Shown here: positions 45,376 to 53,961 of the stretch, in pieces
Position numbering within the stretch: the stretch's first letter is position 1
How the letters are laid out: every line of letters starts with the position of its first letter
Virus record (IMG/VR): IMGVR_UViG_2718218131_000011
Span: 1 to 64,000 of that record
DNA from: a virus
Taxonomy: Duplodnaviria > Heunggongvirae > Uroviricota > Caudoviricetes
DNA: 64,000 nt
Direction: 5' to 3' (one strand)
Program-made: the position numbers and the translations under genes
Notes under the pieces: generated by a model
What the model was told of the DNA's origin: nothing
What the model saw: only the letters and a program-made list of their open reading frames with translations
Database searches by the model: none

Positions 45376-45888
45376 TTATTTCTTTTCTGGACAAGTAGCA
45401 TTTGGCTGAATTCGAGTTTCATTATCTTTAGTTGAAATAAGCACAGCAAGCCCCGTTGTAAACTGGCATGCTTTACCAACTTGAGTTGAAGTGAACACCT
45501 TAGTTCCTTCTTTATAAGTCAGTGAAACACCTTCAACAATTGTTTTATCACTAACCAAAGAACCAGCCGCTGCACCAAGAGCCGCACCACCAGTACCGCC
45601 AGCTACAGCACCCAGTGTCGATGTGCCTTTAACATTATAACCGGCAACGCCCCCAGCAACAGCTCCCAGTACCGCACCAAATGTCTGTGCCGCTTCTTTA
45701 TTAGCTTTATTATCAACTTTCACTTTAGCTGGAAGCACAGAGATAATATTGACTGTCTTTGTTTCCTGCTTCGAATTCAATTGAGCGGTATCATAAACAT
45801 CGGCAGCATAATCAGCACCGCTAGATTGACACCCAGAAAGAAGAATTGCAGATACAACAAGAGCGCATAAAGTATACTTTTTAGACAT
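45376..45888 (-). CDS. Outer-membrane lipoprotein with glycine-zipper motif
   Basis: Lipobox LLSGC after a hydrophobic signal; Gly-zipper segment GAVLGAVAGGVAGY...GAVAGGTGGAALGAAAGS. Confidence 0.6.
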   Translation of the reverse strand: MSKKYTLCALVVSAILLSGCQSSGADYAADVYDTAQLNSKQETKTVNIISVLPAKVKVDNKANKEAAQTFGAVLGAVAGGVAGYNVKGTSTLGAVAGGTGGAALGAAAGSLVSDKTIVEGVSLTYKEGTKVFTSTQVGKACQFTTGLAVLISTKDNETRIQPNATCPEKK

Positions 45889-46178
45889 AAGAATCATCCC
45901 AGAAAAACAAAAACCGGCGAGAAGTTACCACGAGAACGGAAAGTAAACAAGAATACTCCCATTGACTTATATCAATTAATCAACTTTTTATAAGCTATCC
46001 CTAACTTATTGTGTATAGCTGAAAAGTCAGAGACAAGTTCACCATCTGCATTATTTCTTAAGGTAATAGTTTATTGCTAACTTAATTTATGTATCGACTA
46101 TTGATATCCATCTTAAAGTTACAATATCCCTCTGCATTATTTTTCATCACAAATAATATATCTATTGCACGACACTCA

Positions 46179-46195
46179 TCTGCTCTAATAAATTT
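46179..46195 (+). promoter_or_regulatory. C1 operator-like site upstream of the c4-icd-ant region
   Basis: TCTGCTCTAATAAATTT matches the consensus ATTGCTCTAATAAATTT at about 15 of 17 positions. Confidence 0.55.
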
Positions 46196-46379
46196 GTATT
46201 TTTAAGTCGCGAATGCTATCTTTTCGCATCATATTGACCTTTTAATCGTTCAGGCTTATAGTTCCGCCGTCGTAGCAAATTCTGCGACCGGGTTTAGCAG
46301 CCTGAATACTTACGCGGACAACCGCAGATTTCCGATATTGCGGTATTTTTGTGTCCGTAAACCACGTTACGCCCGAATT

Positions 46380-46460
46380 ATGGTGGGGCGTGATGGGGAG
46401 GCTTCGGCCTGCTGGTTTCGTAAGTGCCAGTCTGCTAACCCCGTCACGTCCTGCCACCTG
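46380..46460 (+). ncRNA. Putative c4-like antisense immunity RNA
   Basis: Structured GC-rich segment (GGTGG...CCACC) between the operator and icd at the position of P1 c4; boundaries approximate. Confidence 0.3.
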
Positions 46461-46507
46461 TTTAGCAGCGGGTCGCAGGTTGTTTATCAACTTACGAGGC
46501 CGTAACT

Positions 46508-46729
46508 ATGGTTAATGCCAATCCTTGCGCACGCCAAGAATTCATCTGGCGTTTCTATTCCTGTAAAAAACACCACTATCACTTCGTTATCGCAGCAACA
46601 GAAGACGAAGCACGCTCTCAATTGCCTGATGGCCCCTGCATTTTTACTGCCCGTTTTTCAACTAACTCGCGCAATTCACTTAGTTACTGGAACCTCCCCT
46701 TCTCTGCCGACGTTCAGGGGGATTTATGA
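46508..46729 (+). CDS. icd: Icd-like protein (interference with cell division)
   Basis: 73-aa ORF whose stop overlaps the ant start; size and position as P1 icd. Confidence 0.55.
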   Translation: MVNANPCARQEFIWRFYSCKKHHYHFVIAATEDEARSQLPDGPCIFTARFSTNSRNSLSYWNLPFSADVQGDL

Positions 46730-47760
46730 AAAAACCTCTCGTCACCCGTAATGAAATAGCCGAAGCGATCGCCCTGCATACAACCTGTATGCCGACACGG
46801 GAGATCCCCGGCGCAATTGCCAACTATTTCATCATAACCAGACGTTTTTATACCCGAACAGATAAGGCTGTGATCAACAAGCTACTGATAGCCGAGATCA
46901 GGGATTATTTGATTGAACAAGGACGTCTACGTTACGCAACAGTGGCAGCAGAAATGAGAAAGGAGGCACACAGAGTGACCGGTAAAAATTTGAATATTGA
47001 AAAACCAGCACCTGTTACGTCAGCTACGCCAACACCAGCCGTGAATGTCATCCCCAACATCGGAGACACAATCGACAGCCAAACATTGTTGAAGATGGTC
47101 AATGAGGCACGGAAATTATGTAGCGAAAAACCAGTTCGCAATAATGATTTCATTGCCAGAGTTAAGGATGAACTTGAAGGAGAAACCTACGAAATTTTCG
47201 TAGGTCAAAAAAACGGCGCAGAAATAGATATTATAACAATGACCTACAAACAAGCCCTGCGAGTTGCCGCGCGCGAATCAAAAGCTGTCCGCCGTTCGCT
47301 GATCGACAAACTGGAAGAATTACAGCAGGCAAACTCCCCTACCCCACCGATCCCCCAAACATTACCAGAAGCCCTACGCCTGGCTGCCGAGTTGGCAGAA
47401 CAGAAATTGCAGCTGGAACAACAGCTGGTGGCCGCAGCCCCTAAAGTCGATTTTGCCGACCGGGTATCAGTGGCTAATGGAATCCTGATCGGGAACTTTG
47501 CAAAGGTCGTTGGACTTAAGCAAAACGCCCTTTTCTCATGGTTGCGCCAGAACGGCATTCTCATGGCTTTTGGTGCGCGCAAAAACGTACCGCACCAACA
47601 GTACATCAACGCCGGGTATTTCACGGTGAAAGAAGTGGTGTTGGATGATGAAAATGGCTACCAGATACGGCTGACGCCCCAATTAACGGGTAAAGGCCAG
47701 CAGTGGTTAACTCGCAAGCTACTTGATGCTGGTTTGTTAAAACCAGTAGCAATAGGTTAA
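46726..47760 (+). CDS. ant: Antirepressor Ant
   Basis: 344 aa; C-terminal antirepressor domain shared with the downstream paralogue; position after icd. Confidence 0.8.
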   Translation: MKKPLVTRNEIAEAIALHTTCMPTREIPGAIANYFIITRRFYTRTDKAVINKLLIAEIRDYLIEQGRLRYATVAAEMRKEAHRVTGKNLNIEKPAPVTSATPTPAVNVIPNIGDTIDSQTLLKMVNEARKLCSEKPVRNNDFIARVKDELEGETYEIFVGQKNGAEIDIITMTYKQALRVAARESKAVRRSLIDKLEELQQANSPTPPIPQTLPEALRLAAELAEQKLQLEQQLVAAAPKVDFADRVSVANGILIGNFAKVVGLKQNALFSWLRQNGILMAFGARKNVPHQQYINAGYFTVKEVVLDDENGYQIRLTPQLTGKGQQWLTRKLLDAGLLKPVAIG

Positions 47761-47837
47761 CAAAAGAAAAAACCTGCCAGCAAACTGGCAGGTTTCTGAG
47801 CAGATCGACCAACCCGATCTGGATCGAGTTAGAAAAA

Positions 47838-47854
47838 TTTGCTCTAATAAATTT
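47838..47854 (+). promoter_or_regulatory. C1 operator-like site upstream of kilA
   Basis: TTTGCTCTAATAAATTT matches the consensus at 16 of 17 positions. Confidence 0.55.
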
Positions 47855-47923
47855 CGTTTTCTAAGTGCAAAGAATCACCATTTCGAGCTGGTGATTGAAG
47901 GTTGATGCAAATTTGGAGAAAAA

Positions 47924-48724
47924 ATGCAACAAACATTCAATGCGGATATGAATATATCAAACCTTCATCAAAATGTCGATCCTTCAACCACCCTGCCTGT
48001 TATTTGTGGTGTTGAAATTACGACCGACCGCGCTGGCCGTTACAACCTTAATGCTCTACACAGAGCGAGCGGACTCGGTGCCCATAAAGCGCCAGCTCAA
48101 TGGCTAAGAACGCTGTCAGCCAAACAGCTCATCGAAGAGCTTGAAAAAGAAACTATGCAGAATTGCATAGTTTCGTTCGAAGGCCGTGGCGGCGGCACTT
48201 TTGCCCATGAATTGCTCGCAGTGGAGTACGCTGGTTGGATTTCTCCCGCGTTTCGGCTGAAGGTAAACCAGACATTTATCGACTATCGAGCTGGAAGATT
48301 ACAACCTGCTATTCCGAAGAGCCTCCCAGAAGCTCTCCGTTTGGCTGCTGACCTGGCAGAGCAAAAGCAACGGCTGGAGCAAAAAATGCTGATGGATGCA
48401 CCTAAAGTCGAATTCGCCGAACGCGTTGCTACCGCCAGCGGGGTTCTAATCGGCAACTATGCCAAAGTGCTCGGCCTGGGCCAAAACTATCTCTTCACCT
48501 GGTTGCGTGATAACGGAATTCTGATCGCAACCGGTGAACGCAGAAACGTCCCCAAACAAGAATACATATCCCGTGGGTATTTCACCCTTAAAGAAACCGT
48601 GATCGATACAAGCAATGGAAGCAGGATTTCTTTCACGACTCGTATAACCGGCAAAGGTCAGCAGTGGCTGATGAAGCGATTGCTTGATGCTGGTGTGCTG
48701 GTACCTGTCGCGGCAACGCGCTAA
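47924..48724 (+). CDS. kilA: KilA-like protein
   Basis: 266 aa, the size I recall for P1 KilA; directly upstream of repL; C-terminal half similar to the Ant C-terminus. Confidence 0.7.
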   Translation: MQQTFNADMNISNLHQNVDPSTTLPVICGVEITTDRAGRYNLNALHRASGLGAHKAPAQWLRTLSAKQLIEELEKETMQNCIVSFEGRGGGTFAHELLAVEYAGWISPAFRLKVNQTFIDYRAGRLQPAIPKSLPEALRLAADLAEQKQRLEQKMLMDAPKVEFAERVATASGVLIGNYAKVLGLGQNYLFTWLRDNGILIATGERRNVPKQEYISRGYFTLKETVIDTSNGSRISFTTRITGKGQQWLMKRLLDAGVLVPVAATR

Positions 48725-48753
48725 CAGACGTAGTAAGAACCACCAGTATTGTA

Positions 48754-49599
48754 ATGCTGGCTAAAGTCACTTTCCTGAGCTGTATAACGATGAGCGATTT
48801 TACTTTTTCCGGCTATGAATTGGCCTGCTTTGTAACACACTCCGGTCTATCCCGTAGCGCCGGGCATATCCTGTCGCAATGTGCAAATCTCGCGGCAACA
48901 ACCAGTGAATACTTCATTCACAAGCCTCACCGCCTGATCGCGGCAGAAACTGGTTATAGCCAATCAACCGTCGTTCGTGCATTCCGTGAAGCTGTAAACA
49001 AAGGAATTCTGTCTGTAGAGATTGTTATCGGCGATCACCGTGAACGTCGCGCTAACCTGTACCGGTTTACGCCATCCTTTTTGGCCTTCGCACAACAAGC
49101 CAAAAATGCGCTGATTGAAAGCAAATTAAAGATCTCTTCAGCGGCAACCAAGGTTAAAGCTGTTCTCGCTAAGACATTGGCTTTATTTAATTTTTTATCC
49201 ACACCCCCATGTCAAAATGATACCCCCTCCCCCTGTCAGGATGACGTGGCAATAAAGAATAAGAAGTCACAAGTTAAAAAAACAAAAAGATCAGTTTCCG
49301 GCGGTGCCGGAACGACCAGACTCAAAAAATTGACTTCATGGATCGCTGAGGCAAAAGCAAAGGCTGACAATCTGCGGTTATCCAAAAAACGCGCTCAAAA
49401 ACATGAGTTCAAGCAGAAAGTAGAGGCGGCAGCGCGGAAATATGCTTACCTGAAGAACAAGCGTTCTCCTGATATTGGCGGGGTATCAAACTTCGATAAT
49501 CTGCCGCATTGCATGACGGTAAACGAAGCTCTTAATGCGGTTTTAGCCAAAAATAAAGATAACGAACAATGGGGTATACCGGCAGGATTCAGAGGGTGA
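48754..49599 (+). CDS. repL: Lytic replication protein RepL (contains oriL)
   Basis: 281 aa, the size I recall for P1 RepL; downstream of kilA under the same operator. Confidence 0.8.
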   Translation: MLAKVTFLSCITMSDFTFSGYELACFVTHSGLSRSAGHILSQCANLAATTSEYFIHKPHRLIAAETGYSQSTVVRAFREAVNKGILSVEIVIGDHRERRANLYRFTPSFLAFAQQAKNALIESKLKISSAATKVKAVLAKTLALFNFLSTPPCQNDTPSPCQDDVAIKNKKSQVKKTKRSVSGGAGTTRLKKLTSWIAEAKAKADNLRLSKKRAQKHEFKQKVEAAARKYAYLKNKRSPDIGGVSNFDNLPHCMTVNEALNAVLAKNKDNEQWGIPAGFRG

Positions 49600-49649
49600 T
49601 AGATTGCTCTAATCTGGAGTCACCTGGCGTTTTCAGTTTGAGGTCGGAG

Positions 49650-49895
49650 ATGCAATCTGATTTTTTACAGTTAGCGATCGCTTTTGCAGGATATGTTTGT
49701 ATTGGCTTCTGTGTATACATGATCAGCCGAAAAATGCTTGTCGATATCGACCGCAAAGAACAAGCAGAGGAGATCTTAGTATGGATTTTCTTTGGCGTGG
49801 TCTGGCCATTAGGGATCATGTTTGCTGCAACATTTCTTCTGATGTGGATATTCACCCTTCCAGGTGATTTCTATAGAAAAAAAGCCAGACATTGA
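49650..49895 (+). CDS. Small membrane protein (rlfA position)
   Basis: ORF with two hydrophobic helices (LAIAFAGYVCIGFCVYMI, VWPLGIMFAATFLLMWIF); start uncertain. Confidence 0.35.
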   Translation: MQSDFLQLAIAFAGYVCIGFCVYMISRKMLVDIDRKEQAEEILVWIFFGVVWPLGIMFAATFLLMWIFTLPGDFYRKKARH

Positions 49896-50018
49896 TACAA
49901 TCGTTGCGGGTGCTTGAGGCTATCTGCTTCAGGCATTACCCGAAAAGCAGATAGAAGAAAGCCCCAGATAACATTACGCGTCCTGCAAGACGCTTAACAT
50001 TAATCTGAGGCCATATCT

Positions 50019-50225
50019 ATGCTTAGCATACGTAGATTAGCCTCTTACCGACCAAAAGGTCAAGGAGAAGCAGGCTATGAAGCAGCAAAAAGCGATGTTA
50101 ATCGCTCTGATCGTCATCTGTTTAACCGTCATTGTGACGGCACTGGTAACGAGGAAAGACCTCTGCGAGGTACGAATCCGAACCAGCCAGACGGAGGTCA
50201 CTGTCTTCACAGCCTACGAATCTGA
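50019..50225 (+). CDS. mok-like reading frame overlapping hok
   Basis: 68-aa ORF overlapping the hok CDS in a different frame, as in hok/mok/sok loci. Confidence 0.35.
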   Translation: MLSIRRLASYRPKGQGEAGYEAAKSDVNRSDRHLFNRHCDGTGNEERPLRGTNPNQPDGGHCLHSLRI

Positions 50226-50232
50226 AAGGTAA
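50077..50232 (+). CDS. hok: Hok/Gef-family type I toxin
   Basis: 51-aa translation MKQQKAMLIALIVICLTVIVTALVTRKDLCEVRIRTSQTEVTVFTAYESER closely parallels Hok ([40 protein letters not shown], recalled); below the ORF-track size cutoff. Confidence 0.8.
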   Translation: MKQQKAMLIALIVICLTVIVTALVTRKDLCEVRIRTSQTEVTVFTAYESER

Positions 50233-50304
50233 GAGACCTGGCGGGGAGAGATCCCCGTCACTCTTCGTGTGTCAGGTATCCTCAATGCACCCTTTCCTCT
50301 CCAA

Positions 50305-50330
50305 ATAAAAAAGCTCCCGAAGGAGCTTTA
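50305..50330. terminator. Bidirectional rho-independent terminator
   Basis: AAAAAA-AGCTCC-CGAA-GGAGCT-TT between the convergent hok and tail tube-like genes. Confidence 0.6.
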
Positions 50331-50348
50331 AAATACAAGGGATGACTC

Positions 50349-50858
50349 TTAATCCCACTCAATCCAGTTGTAGACGATACGAAGTGACGGGCGCACAGCG
50401 GCAGTCACATCTTCGGTACTAAAGTCGATTGCATCACTGTAGATTTTGCAGTCCAACATTTCAATTGTTGTAGCAGCTTTTGTCACAGCGTTAACCCCGG
50501 AAGATTTGGATTCAGGGGTCGCAGCCATCGTGATATCAACATAGTCCTTCGCCGCAATGCGATCTTTAATGAACTGAAGAATATCGCCTTCGATAGTCTC
50601 CACGCACTGGACCTGGATTTCCCCAGAGTTTCGAATTGGACCGTGCTGGTTGAACTTCACACCATTCGGACCATAGTCCTCCACATCCTCGCGGGTCATT
50701 TCAGGAATTTGCGACGTGCGAACCAGTACGCTGATATCTTCATGGCCTGCAAAAGTGAGCTGGAATTCAGAAGATACCAGTCGTTCGCCTTTGGCCGCGT
50801 TGGCAGTATAGCGGCCCTTAATAAATTTACGGTTTCCCTTAGTGTTATTGTGCCCCAT
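50349..50858 (-). CDS. Tail tube-like protein
   Basis: 169-aa ORF with a C-terminal LRIVYNWIEWD resembling the T4 gp19 tube C-terminus (recalled); in the tail/head cluster. Confidence 0.45.
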   Translation of the reverse strand: MGHNNTKGNRKFIKGRYTANAAKGERLVSSEFQLTFAGHEDISVLVRTSQIPEMTREDVEDYGPNGVKFNQHGPIRNSGEIQVQCVETIEGDILQFIKDRIAAKDYVDITMAATPESKSSGVNAVTKAATTIEMLDCKIYSDAIDFSTEDVTAAVRPSLRIVYNWIEWD

Positions 50859-50869
50859 ATAAAATCCTT

Positions 50870-51451
50870 TTACTGGAACGCCCGAACAATATCGGAGCTG
50901 TTATATATCGAAGAACCGGTCAACTGGAGGTTGACGGTGTTTTTCAGGAAATGCCCATTGCTGTCCCTGGGCGCATCGAGATCGAAACTTATGTCCTGGA
51001 TAGCGACATCAATGATGTTGATCCGGCGACCAATGTTTAGCGTCACACGCTCCGGGATTCGACCACCAATGCTGGCATCTTTAAGTTCCGGGCTAATCAT
51101 CGCTGACAATGCGGCGATAGCTCCTGAAACCTCCGTGAATGGGTCAAACAAAGCGATGAAAGTTACAGGCAGCGTGAAAGTCGGCGGTGTTCCCCCCTCC
51201 CAAACCATTAAGCTGTTCCAACGGGCCACCGACGTTGTTTCAGTACCAACCTGCGCAAAACCACTGAAAGCACCAGCAACAGACCCCATGGACATACCGG
51301 TAAACGGCGCTTCCCAATTCTGGGCCATGTTCATTGCTGCCCCCTGGCTGATATATCCGGTAACCTGGTACTGAGAGTTCGTTAAAGTAACTTTCAGAAA
51401 TGGCGATACACCGTCAGCCTGGCTGTAAACCCCATAAGGAATAGGTGCCAT
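50870..51451 (-). CDS. Virion structural protein
   Basis: 193-aa ORF in the structural operon. Confidence 0.4.
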   Translation of the reverse strand: MAPIPYGVYSQADGVSPFLKVTLTNSQYQVTGYISQGAAMNMAQNWEAPFTGMSMGSVAGAFSGFAQVGTETTSVARWNSLMVWEGGTPPTFTLPVTFIALFDPFTEVSGAIAALSAMISPELKDASIGGRIPERVTLNIGRRINIIDVAIQDISFDLDAPRDSNGHFLKNTVNLQLTGSSIYNSSDIVRAFQ

Positions 51452-51486
51452 TCAAGTTAAAGGCCGGAGTTCTCCGGCCTCCTCCT

Positions 51487-52302
51487 TTAGCCAAGGCGCT
51501 TACGGCGCAGTTTCATTGACTTTTTGCGGGCAAGTTTTGCCGCGCCGGTCTGGGCTTTTCGACGCGCTTTTTTCAGCGCCGATTTTTGAGCCGCAGTCAG
51601 ACGTTTTTTACGCAGGCGTTTACGGATGAGTTTGATCTCACCGTTACGAACAACCTTCTTAAATGCTTCAGTCAGCATTTCATCAGAAGTGCCAGCAACA
51701 ACAAACGCCGCTTCCAGTTCGTCGCGGTCGTCGCTATCTAAACCAGCGATAGAGGCACCAACATCAGCAGCTGCGTCGTCGTCTTCATCGTCAGCCAGTG
51801 CTTCGATCAGGTCATCATCTACACCGCATGCTGCGAGGAAGTCAGCAACATTTGCCCATGCTTCGTTATAGGCATCGTCCTGTTCTTCTGTAACTTCGGA
51901 GTCGTCGTCATCAGAGATACCAGCGATAGCCTGAACGAAACCATCAAGGGAGTCGAAAGTCAGATCACCGCTATCAGCCCAGGCGAAAACGGCGTCGGCC
52001 GCATCACTCAACGCATTCTGCATAGCACTTCGATTTGCGGCTTCCAGAATCATCTGGTGCGCCTGTTCGACGGTCCATTCTTTACCGTCTTTCCCTTCCA
52101 GGATTTGCTCAGGAGCCGGGGCAGATGGAACGTTATCGTAAGTCTGTGCCGCCGGTTCCTGATTATTATTAATAACCGGATCTGTTGGCGGTTCGGCGCT
52201 TGCTCGGGCAGACTCCATCAGCTGCACAGGATCAGAGTTCAAAGCGAAACGAGACAGTCCATTCCCCAAAAATGCCCCGGATTGAAAAAAGTTTTTGCTC
52301 AT
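51487..52302 (-). CDS. Acidic structural or scaffold-like protein with basic C-terminus
   Basis: 271 aa with an Asp/Glu-rich centre and Lys/Arg-rich tail. Confidence 0.4.
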   Translation of the reverse strand: MSKNFFQSGAFLGNGLSRFALNSDPVQLMESARASAEPPTDPVINNNQEPAAQTYDNVPSAPAPEQILEGKDGKEWTVEQAHQMILEAANRSAMQNALSDAADAVFAWADSGDLTFDSLDGFVQAIAGISDDDDSEVTEEQDDAYNEAWANVADFLAACGVDDDLIEALADDEDDDAAADVGASIAGLDSDDRDELEAAFVVAGTSDEMLTEAFKKVVRNGEIKLIRKRLRKKRLTAAQKSALKKARRKAQTGAAKLARKKSMKLRRKRLG

Positions 52303-52311
52303 TGTATTCCC

Positions 52312-53901
52312 TTACTTAATAAGCAGCGGTACGCCCTGGATACGACGGGCTACGCCAGTCGGGCAGCAGGCCCAGACTACTTCCCATTTATCGAATTCCG
52401 CCTGCGTAACTTTCAGCACATACGGTTCTGTACCGTCAGCATCAGGATCACGAGGAGCCACCAGAGCGCCGGAGGCGACAAAGCGATCTAAAAGTTTGGT
52501 CATCCCTTTAGTCAGGCCAGCCGCAGTAATACCGTCCGGGCTATGCTTCATCTGTCGGGCTAACTGGACAAAGAAACGGCTGATTGCATTCATCAGGGAT
52601 GGGACGTGCTGGAAGTGCAGATAGTTATCCTGCGTGCAGCAAGTTAAAGCATCGTCGATGATCATCTGGCCAGAAGTACCTACAGATACTTTATTGAGTC
52701 GGCCCTTGACCATAGCTTCTTCGTCCGGGGTGTCTTCCGGATACAGCGGTTGAAGTGATGCACGAGCAATGACGGCACGTTCTTCACCAGCCGGTGAGTA
52801 ATGCCAACCGCCGACATCGGAGTTTTTCTTGACGCCACGAGCTTTCGCTGCATACGCCGCGCCAGACAGACCGAAGACCACGCGGGATTGGGTCCATTTG
52901 TCTTTGCAGGAGAACGGGAAATGATAGACAGCACAGCTTACATAATCGGTACCAAGTAAACCGGTATCTTCAACAGCAGAGATCGCTTCCGTGTACGTCA
53001 ATGTCGGTTTGACATCAAAGAAGCCATCAATCAAGCGATCAGAACAGATATTACCTAACGCAGTGATCGCCGCATTGTCATAGCAACCCAGGCCGAGAAC
53101 AGCGGTGTACATGTACGGCGCATTGTTCAGCACTTTCACCGCACGCAGGTAAGCAGCAGTGGAAATGTTCGACTGATCGCCGTTGGTACCGCCAGTGAAC
53201 GCCAGCGATTTTTTATTTGTTACTTTCGCCGTCGAAATCAGCTCTTCATTAACAACCGCGCGCAGATATTTAGAACGGGCTTCCAGAGCCGTAGGCAGAT
53301 AACACAAGCGGCCCATGTCATCTTTCGCTTCTTCCGCCAAAGACACAGTGTGTGTCTCCAGGGTCGTTACCACGCCGAGCGAAGTCGTCTGGGTCAGTTT
53401 CAGGAGGAAGCGTTCATTACCTGCGCTGTCCGCTGTTGCCGTTTCGATGGTTAACTCACGGGTAGGTGAAATACACGGATCACCATCATCAACGTAGATA
53501 GCAAAGGCTTCGCCGCTATCAAGTTCAATTTCAGAACCGTATGGCAACGCACTGTAAGCCGGTTCGCCTGATTCATCGAACATAATAATCGGGAACTTCG
53601 CATCATCCGGAACAGCACGAACAATATAACCTGACGTTTGCTGAATAGCTTCGTATACATGGCGAATTGGTTCGAACTGTGAGCCGGAAGACGGCTTCAG
53701 CGGTTCGCCGAGAACATCTTCGTAATTGGACTCAGTAACCGCAAGAACAGTAAACGGCTTGCCACGCGCAAATACGCCAATACCAGCCCACAAGCTGCTA
53801 TTTAATGCAACACCGGTAGATAACGTCGCATCGGCATTGATCGGGCTAACCGCAACGCCGGATGCATTACCTAATGACTGTTGAATTGAATATTGAGACA
53901 T
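52312..53901 (-). CDS. Contractile tail sheath protein (P1 gp22-like)
   Basis: 529-aa ORF adjacent to the capsid gene; size and position consistent with the P1 sheath gene. Confidence 0.55.
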   Translation of the reverse strand: MSQYSIQQSLGNASGVAVSPINADATLSTGVALNSSLWAGIGVFARGKPFTVLAVTESNYEDVLGEPLKPSSGSQFEPIRHVYEAIQQTSGYIVRAVPDDAKFPIIMFDESGEPAYSALPYGSEIELDSGEAFAIYVDDGDPCISPTRELTIETATADSAGNERFLLKLTQTTSLGVVTTLETHTVSLAEEAKDDMGRLCYLPTALEARSKYLRAVVNEELISTAKVTNKKSLAFTGGTNGDQSNISTAAYLRAVKVLNNAPYMYTAVLGLGCYDNAAITALGNICSDRLIDGFFDVKPTLTYTEAISAVEDTGLLGTDYVSCAVYHFPFSCKDKWTQSRVVFGLSGAAYAAKARGVKKNSDVGGWHYSPAGEERAVIARASLQPLYPEDTPDEEAMVKGRLNKVSVGTSGQMIIDDALTCCTQDNYLHFQHVPSLMNAISRFFVQLARQMKHSPDGITAAGLTKGMTKLLDRFVASGALVAPRDPDADGTEPYVLKVTQAEFDKWEVVWACCPTGVARRIQGVPLLIK

Positions 53902-53961
53902 AACTTTCCCTGTTATGCGCCCCGCACGGGGGCGCTATGTTAAACGGAGAACTTCCCCTGA

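Noticed and set aside
46073-46089. Additional C1 operator-like site (ATTGCTAACTTAATTTA)
   Set aside because: Only about 11 of 17 matches to the consensus; could be a weak half-site but not supportable by eye.
46242-46490. 82-aa minus-strand ORF in the c4 region
   Set aside because: Antisense to the immunity RNA and promoter region, no ribosome-binding site, Arg/Gly-rich low-complexity translation.
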